The position numbers were made by a program, and so were the translations under genes. 64,000 nt of DNA from assembly GCA_963801165.1 (NCBI GenBank), contig CAWDDT010000004.1, positions 448,001 to 512,000 of the forward strand. The letters run 5' to 3'. This DNA comes from an uncultured bacterium. Its GTDB lineage: Bacteria; Actinomycetota; Acidimicrobiia; Spongiisociales; UBA5794. Positions within the stretch are counted from its first letter, which is position 1; each line of letters starts with the position of its first letter. This document shows, piece after piece, positions 60,428 to 64,000 of this stretch. The notes beneath the pieces were generated by a model. It was not told where the DNA came from. It did not search any database and was given only the letters and a program-made list of their open reading frames with translations.

Positions 60428-61387
60428 ATGGAACTGATGCCTGTTCCCCTGCACACACAGACAGTCATTGCGTTCATCTGGGACTTCGATCGCACGCTGA
60501 TCCCGGACAACATGCAGTGGCCGATCTTCCAGGAATACGGTGTCGACGAGGCAACCTTCTGGCGAGAGGTAGACGGCCTCATCGACTACCACAAGGCCCT
60601 GGGTGAGACCATGGGGCGCGGTCTCGCCTATCTCATACATATCCTCAGCTACGTCGAGCAGGGTGTCTTCAAGGGTTTGAGCAACCGCAAGCTCCGTGAG
60701 CTCGGGGCGAAGCTCGAGTTCTGCCCCGGTATCCCCGAGTTCTTTGCGGAGACCCGGAACCGGGTCAAAGACATTCCGGACTTCGCCAAGGAGGACATCA
60801 GCGTCGAGCACTTCGTCGTCTCGACCGGGATCCGGCCCATGATCGAAGGGTCGGCCATCGCCCCATACGTCGATGGGATCTGGGCGAACAGCTTCATCGA
60901 GCAGACCGCCCCGGCCGGCTTTCTCGACCAGCTTCCGGTCGCCGGCAAGAGCGGCGAGATCAAGTACATCTCGGATTACATCGGCCACACGTCGAAGACC
61001 AGGGCGCTGTTTGAGATCAACAAGGGTGTCAACGTGAACCCGTCGGTCGATGTCAACGCCAGGATGTCAGAGTCGCAGCGCCGCGTGCCGCTGCGGAACA
61101 TGATCTACATCGCCGATGGGCCGAGCGACGTCCCCATGTTCTCGATTCTCAACAAGGCGGGCGGCAAGACGCTCGGGGTGTACAACCTCGAGCCCCGCAA
61201 CAATCATCGCCAGGTCAAGCAGCTACAGGAGCAGGGCCGTATCCAGGGGATGGCCGAGGCCGATTACCGGCCCGGTAAAGCCGCCCATCTATGGCTGATG
61301 GACAGCCTCGATCAGATCGCCTTCGAGATCGTAGAGAACCGGAGGTTGGCCTTCGCCGAGATCAAGAACCCGCCGGGCCACACCTGA
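60428..61387 (+). CDS. HAD-like hydrolase
   Basis: WDFDRTL, VVSTG, KTRALFEINKG, YIADGPSDVP. Confidence 0.88.
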   Translation: MELMPVPLHTQTVIAFIWDFDRTLIPDNMQWPIFQEYGVDEATFWREVDGLIDYHKALGETMGRGLAYLIHILSYVEQGVFKGLSNRKLRELGAKLEFCPGIPEFFAETRNRVKDIPDFAKEDISVEHFVVSTGIRPMIEGSAIAPYVDGIWANSFIEQTAPAGFLDQLPVAGKSGEIKYISDYIGHTSKTRALFEINKGVNVNPSVDVNARMSESQRRVPLRNMIYIADGPSDVPMFSILNKAGGKTLGVYNLEPRNNHRQVKQLQEQGRIQGMAEADYRPGKAAHLWLMDSLDQIAFEIVENRRLAFAEIKNPPGHT

Positions 61388-61400
61388 GGAGGAACCGACA

Positions 61401-62258
61401 ATGAGCATCGACAAGGTAGGGGTCGTAGGCGGGGGCCAGATGGGCGCCGGAATCGCCGAGGTCTGCGCCAAGGCCGGTGTCGACGTGGTCGTCCACGAGG
61501 TCACCGAGGAGTTGGCGGCCGCGGCGCAGGCCCGGGTCGAGAAGTCGCTGGCCAAAGCGGTCGACCGTGGCAAGTTGAGCGGCGAGGATCGCACCGCGGC
61601 GCTCTCCCGGATGAGGTTTGTCTCGGATCTCGGTCTCATGAAGGACCGGCTACTGGTTGTCGAGGCCGTCGTCGAGAACGCGGGCGTCAAGGCCGACGTG
61701 TTCGGCAAGCTCGATGAGATCGTTGCCGCACCGGACGCAATCCTCGCTTCCAACACGTCATCGATCCCCATCACCAGGATCGGTCAGGCGACGAGCCGGC
61801 CCGGGTCGGTGGTGGGGATGCACTTCTTCAACCCTGCGACCGTCATGCCGCTCGTCGAGATCGTGCACAGCGTCACCACAAGCGACGATACCGCAGCGCG
61901 GGCAACCGGGTTTGCGCAGGAAGTACTCGACAAGGTCGTGGTGCACACCAAGGACCGGGCGGGGTTCATCGTCAACATGCTGCTTTGCCCGTACATCTTC
62001 GAGGCGATCAAGATGTTCGAGTCGGGGTTTGCCACCCGGGAGGACATCGATGCGGCGATGGTCAACGGCGCCGGGTACCCCATGGGGCCGCTGACGCTCA
62101 GCGATCTCATCGGTAACGACACCATGCTCGCCGTGGCCGAGTCGTTCTACGAGGAATACGGCGAGGCCCGGTTCAAGGCTCCTCCCTTGCTCAAGCGCAT
62201 GGTCGAGGCAGGAATGCTGGGCAGGAAGAGTGGCCAGGGCTTCTACTCGTACACCTGA
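61401..62258 (+). CDS. 3-hydroxybutyryl-CoA dehydrogenase
   Basis: GGGQMGAGIA, EAVVEN, SNTSS, GMHFFNP, PMGPL. Confidence 0.93.
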   Translation: MSIDKVGVVGGGQMGAGIAEVCAKAGVDVVVHEVTEELAAAAQARVEKSLAKAVDRGKLSGEDRTAALSRMRFVSDLGLMKDRLLVVEAVVENAGVKADVFGKLDEIVAAPDAILASNTSSIPITRIGQATSRPGSVVGMHFFNPATVMPLVEIVHSVTTSDDTAARATGFAQEVLDKVVVHTKDRAGFIVNMLLCPYIFEAIKMFESGFATREDIDAAMVNGAGYPMGPLTLSDLIGNDTMLAVAESFYEEYGEARFKAPPLLKRMVEAGMLGRKSGQGFYSYT

Positions 62259-62330
62259 GGCCGATCGGCCGGAACTTGCGTACTTACGTCGCCCTCACGG
62301 GTGTACGCCAGAAGGGTGGACGGAGGCCAT

Positions 62331-62765
62331 TCAGCCTCCGATCTGGCTGGCCCCGTTGCTCTCTAGCAGGCGTTGCAGCGCGTTCTTCTTCACCAGACCG
62401 ATGGTGCGCCAACGCGAGGTGATCTTGCCCGTCGGAGCGGCCGGGCCGCCGTCCCGCTGAGCGCGCTGGCGGGCCTTCTTCGATTGCTTGGCCGGGGCGG
62501 CTCCGAGCAGCACGAACGTCGGTGTCGACCGCACGTTGAACGCTTCGGCGGCACCGGCGACTTTGGTTACGTCGACCTTGACGATGTGCGCCGTGTCTGC
62601 GTACTCGCGGGCCAGCTCGTTCATGATGCCGTCCATCACCTGGCATGGAGCGCAGCCGACCTGGAAGAAGTCGAGGAGCACGGGCTTGCCCGATTTGAGC
62701 ATCGGCTCGAGCTCATCGAGCGAGATGAGACGGTGCGGTTTCGGTTTGCGGGAGAAGACAGCCAT
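62331..62765 (-). CDS. Thioredoxin family protein
   Basis: PVLLDFFQVGCAPC, VRSTPTF. Confidence 0.85.
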   Translation of the reverse strand: MAVFSRKPKPHRLISLDELEPMLKSGKPVLLDFFQVGCAPCQVMDGIMNELAREYADTAHIVKVDVTKVAGAAEAFNVRSTPTFVLLGAAPAKQSKKARQRAQRDGGPAAPTGKITSRWRTIGLVKKNALQRLLESNGASQIGG

Positions 62766-62839
62766 TCGACCTCGTGTTGTTGATGTGAACAACCAGCATG
62801 ATCCTGCAGTATTCCCGGGAGAAGAAGACCCGGGCAACT

Positions 62840-62859
62840 TGGCATGATCGGTTATGCCA
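62840..62859. promoter_or_regulatory. Inverted repeat TGGCAT-N8-ATGCCA between thioredoxin and MocR regulator
   Basis: Lies in the divergent intergenic region. Confidence 0.45.
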
Positions 62860-62893
62860 TGATGGACACTTCTGTCAGACCAAGGTTTTTGCA

Positions 62894-64000
62894 GTGGACA
62901 TCTTCATCAATCAGAACGCCGGCGTCGGTCTGAGCACGCAGATCTATGAGGAGATTCGGAGCGGGATTCTCGAAGGAAGGCTCGCACCCGGCGATCGGCT
63001 CCCACCCAGTCGGGAGCTCGCCGAGACGCTCGGTGTCTCGCGGTCCACCGTTACTACCGCGTACGGCCACCTCGCCGCCGAGGGGTTTCTGGAAGGGCGG
63101 CGCGGTGGAGGCACCGTCGTTTCCGAGCTGTCGGTCCTCGTTGCGGCCGATGCCCCGGCACGGCCCGTCCTCAGTCCGACGAGGCGTGACCGGGCCGAGG
63201 ATGCAGTTTTCGATCTCCGTCCGGGGACTCCCGATCCGCGGCTGTTCCCGACGACCGAGTGGAAGCGATATACCCGGTGGGCGGTCGATCGGCATCTCGC
63301 GATCTACGGCGACCCGGCTGGTCTGCCAGACCTGAGGCTGGTTCTGGCGCGGTGGATCGGACGCTCCCGCGGGATCGCGGCGGGTTTTCGCCAGCTCGTG
63401 GTGACCTCGGGAGCCCAACAGGCTTTCTATCTACTGACGGCTACGAGCATCACGCCCGGAGACGTCGTCGCGATGGAGGATCCCGGCTACCGCCGGTTTC
63501 GCAGGCTGGCCGAGGCCTGTGGTGCCAACGTCGTCCCGGTCCCGGTGGATGAGGAGGGCATCGTCGTCGCGGACATCCCGTCTGAGGCACGGCTCGTTTG
63601 TGTCACGCCGTCGCATCAGTTCCCAACGGGGGTAACCATGTCGCTGCCACGGCGGCTGGCACTTCTCGAACTGGCGGCGCAGCACGGCATGGTTGTTGTC
63701 GAAGACGACTACGACTCCGAGTTTCGCTACACCGACCGACCACTCGAGCCTCTCTACCGCCTCGACCGGACCCGGACCGTCGCCTACGTGGCGAGCTTTT
63801 CCAAGACGCTGTCGCCTGCGCTCCGTCTGGGCTACATGGTCGTTCCGCCCGGGCTGCTGTCCCGGGTGCTCGAGCTTCGGCAACACATGGACTGGTCACC
63901 GGCCCACATCGAACAGGAAGCACTGCGGGCTTACATCGCCGATGGAGCGCTCGATCGGCATCTGCGCAGGACGCGTCGCATCTACGAGCGCAGGCACGCG
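62894..64000 (+). CDS. MocR/GabR family regulator (GntR HTH plus PLP aminotransferase domain), runs off window edge
   Basis: Not in ORF track (no stop in window): LPPSRELAETLGVSRSTV, TPSHQFPTG, EDDYDSEF, SFSKTLSPALRLG. Confidence 0.92.
   Translation, partial: MDIFINQNAGVGLSTQIYEEIRSGILEGRLAPGDRLPPSRELAETLGVSRSTVTTAYGHLAAEGFLEGRRGGGTVVSELSVLVAADAPARPVLSPTRRDRAEDAVFDLRPGTPDPRLFPTTEWKRYTRWAVDRHLAIYGDPAGLPDLRLVLARWIGRSRGIAAGFRQLVVTSGAQQAFYLLTATSITPGDVVAMEDPGYRRFRRLAEACGANVVPVPVDEEGIVVADIPSEARLVCVTPSHQFPTGVTMSLPRRLALLELAAQHGMVVVEDDYDSEFRYTDRPLEPLYRLDRTRTVAYVASFSKTLSPALRLGYMVVPPGLLSRVLELRQHMDWSPAHIEQEALRAYIADGALDRHLRRTRRIYERRHA

Overview
High-GC bacterial DNA, most consistent with an actinobacterium (Acidimicrobiia-like gene content; inference). 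The flanks (1-14.6 kb and 55.7-64 kb) are ordinary chromosomal genes with intact ORFs. The centre (about 14.7-55.7 kb) is a composite island built around one tRNA-Arg(CCT) at 19406-19478 (minus strand), which has been targeted from both sides. On the 3' side lie three tRNA/att scars, integrase remnants, a MazEF-like pair and an MNT-HEPN pair. On the 5' side lies an apparently intact 6,293-bp integrative mobilizable element (tyrosine integrase, excisionase, MobF relaxase-helicase, ECF sigma factor plus membrane partner) that duplicates the 5' half of the tRNA and appears to carry the tRNA promoter in the last integrase codons. A decayed older copy of the same element follows, and its remnants bracket a ~27-kb catabolic cluster. 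The cluster has a GntR/HutC regulator with four CAGACATCTG operators, a NitT/TauT ABC importer, two amidohydrolases, a xanthine-dehydrogenase-family enzyme, four luciferase-like (LLM) oxidoreductases, a stand-alone FrhB-like protein, two AhpD-like proteins, a sulfatase, a CoA ligase, an RraA/aldolase, an opine dehydrogenase, KdgK/Eda, and a GrdB-like selenoprotein (in-frame UGA, UxxC, SECIS-like hairpin) that the ORF track splits. Many island genes contain single-base frameshifts, probably sequencing errors. All calls are by eye from motifs; no database searches were run.
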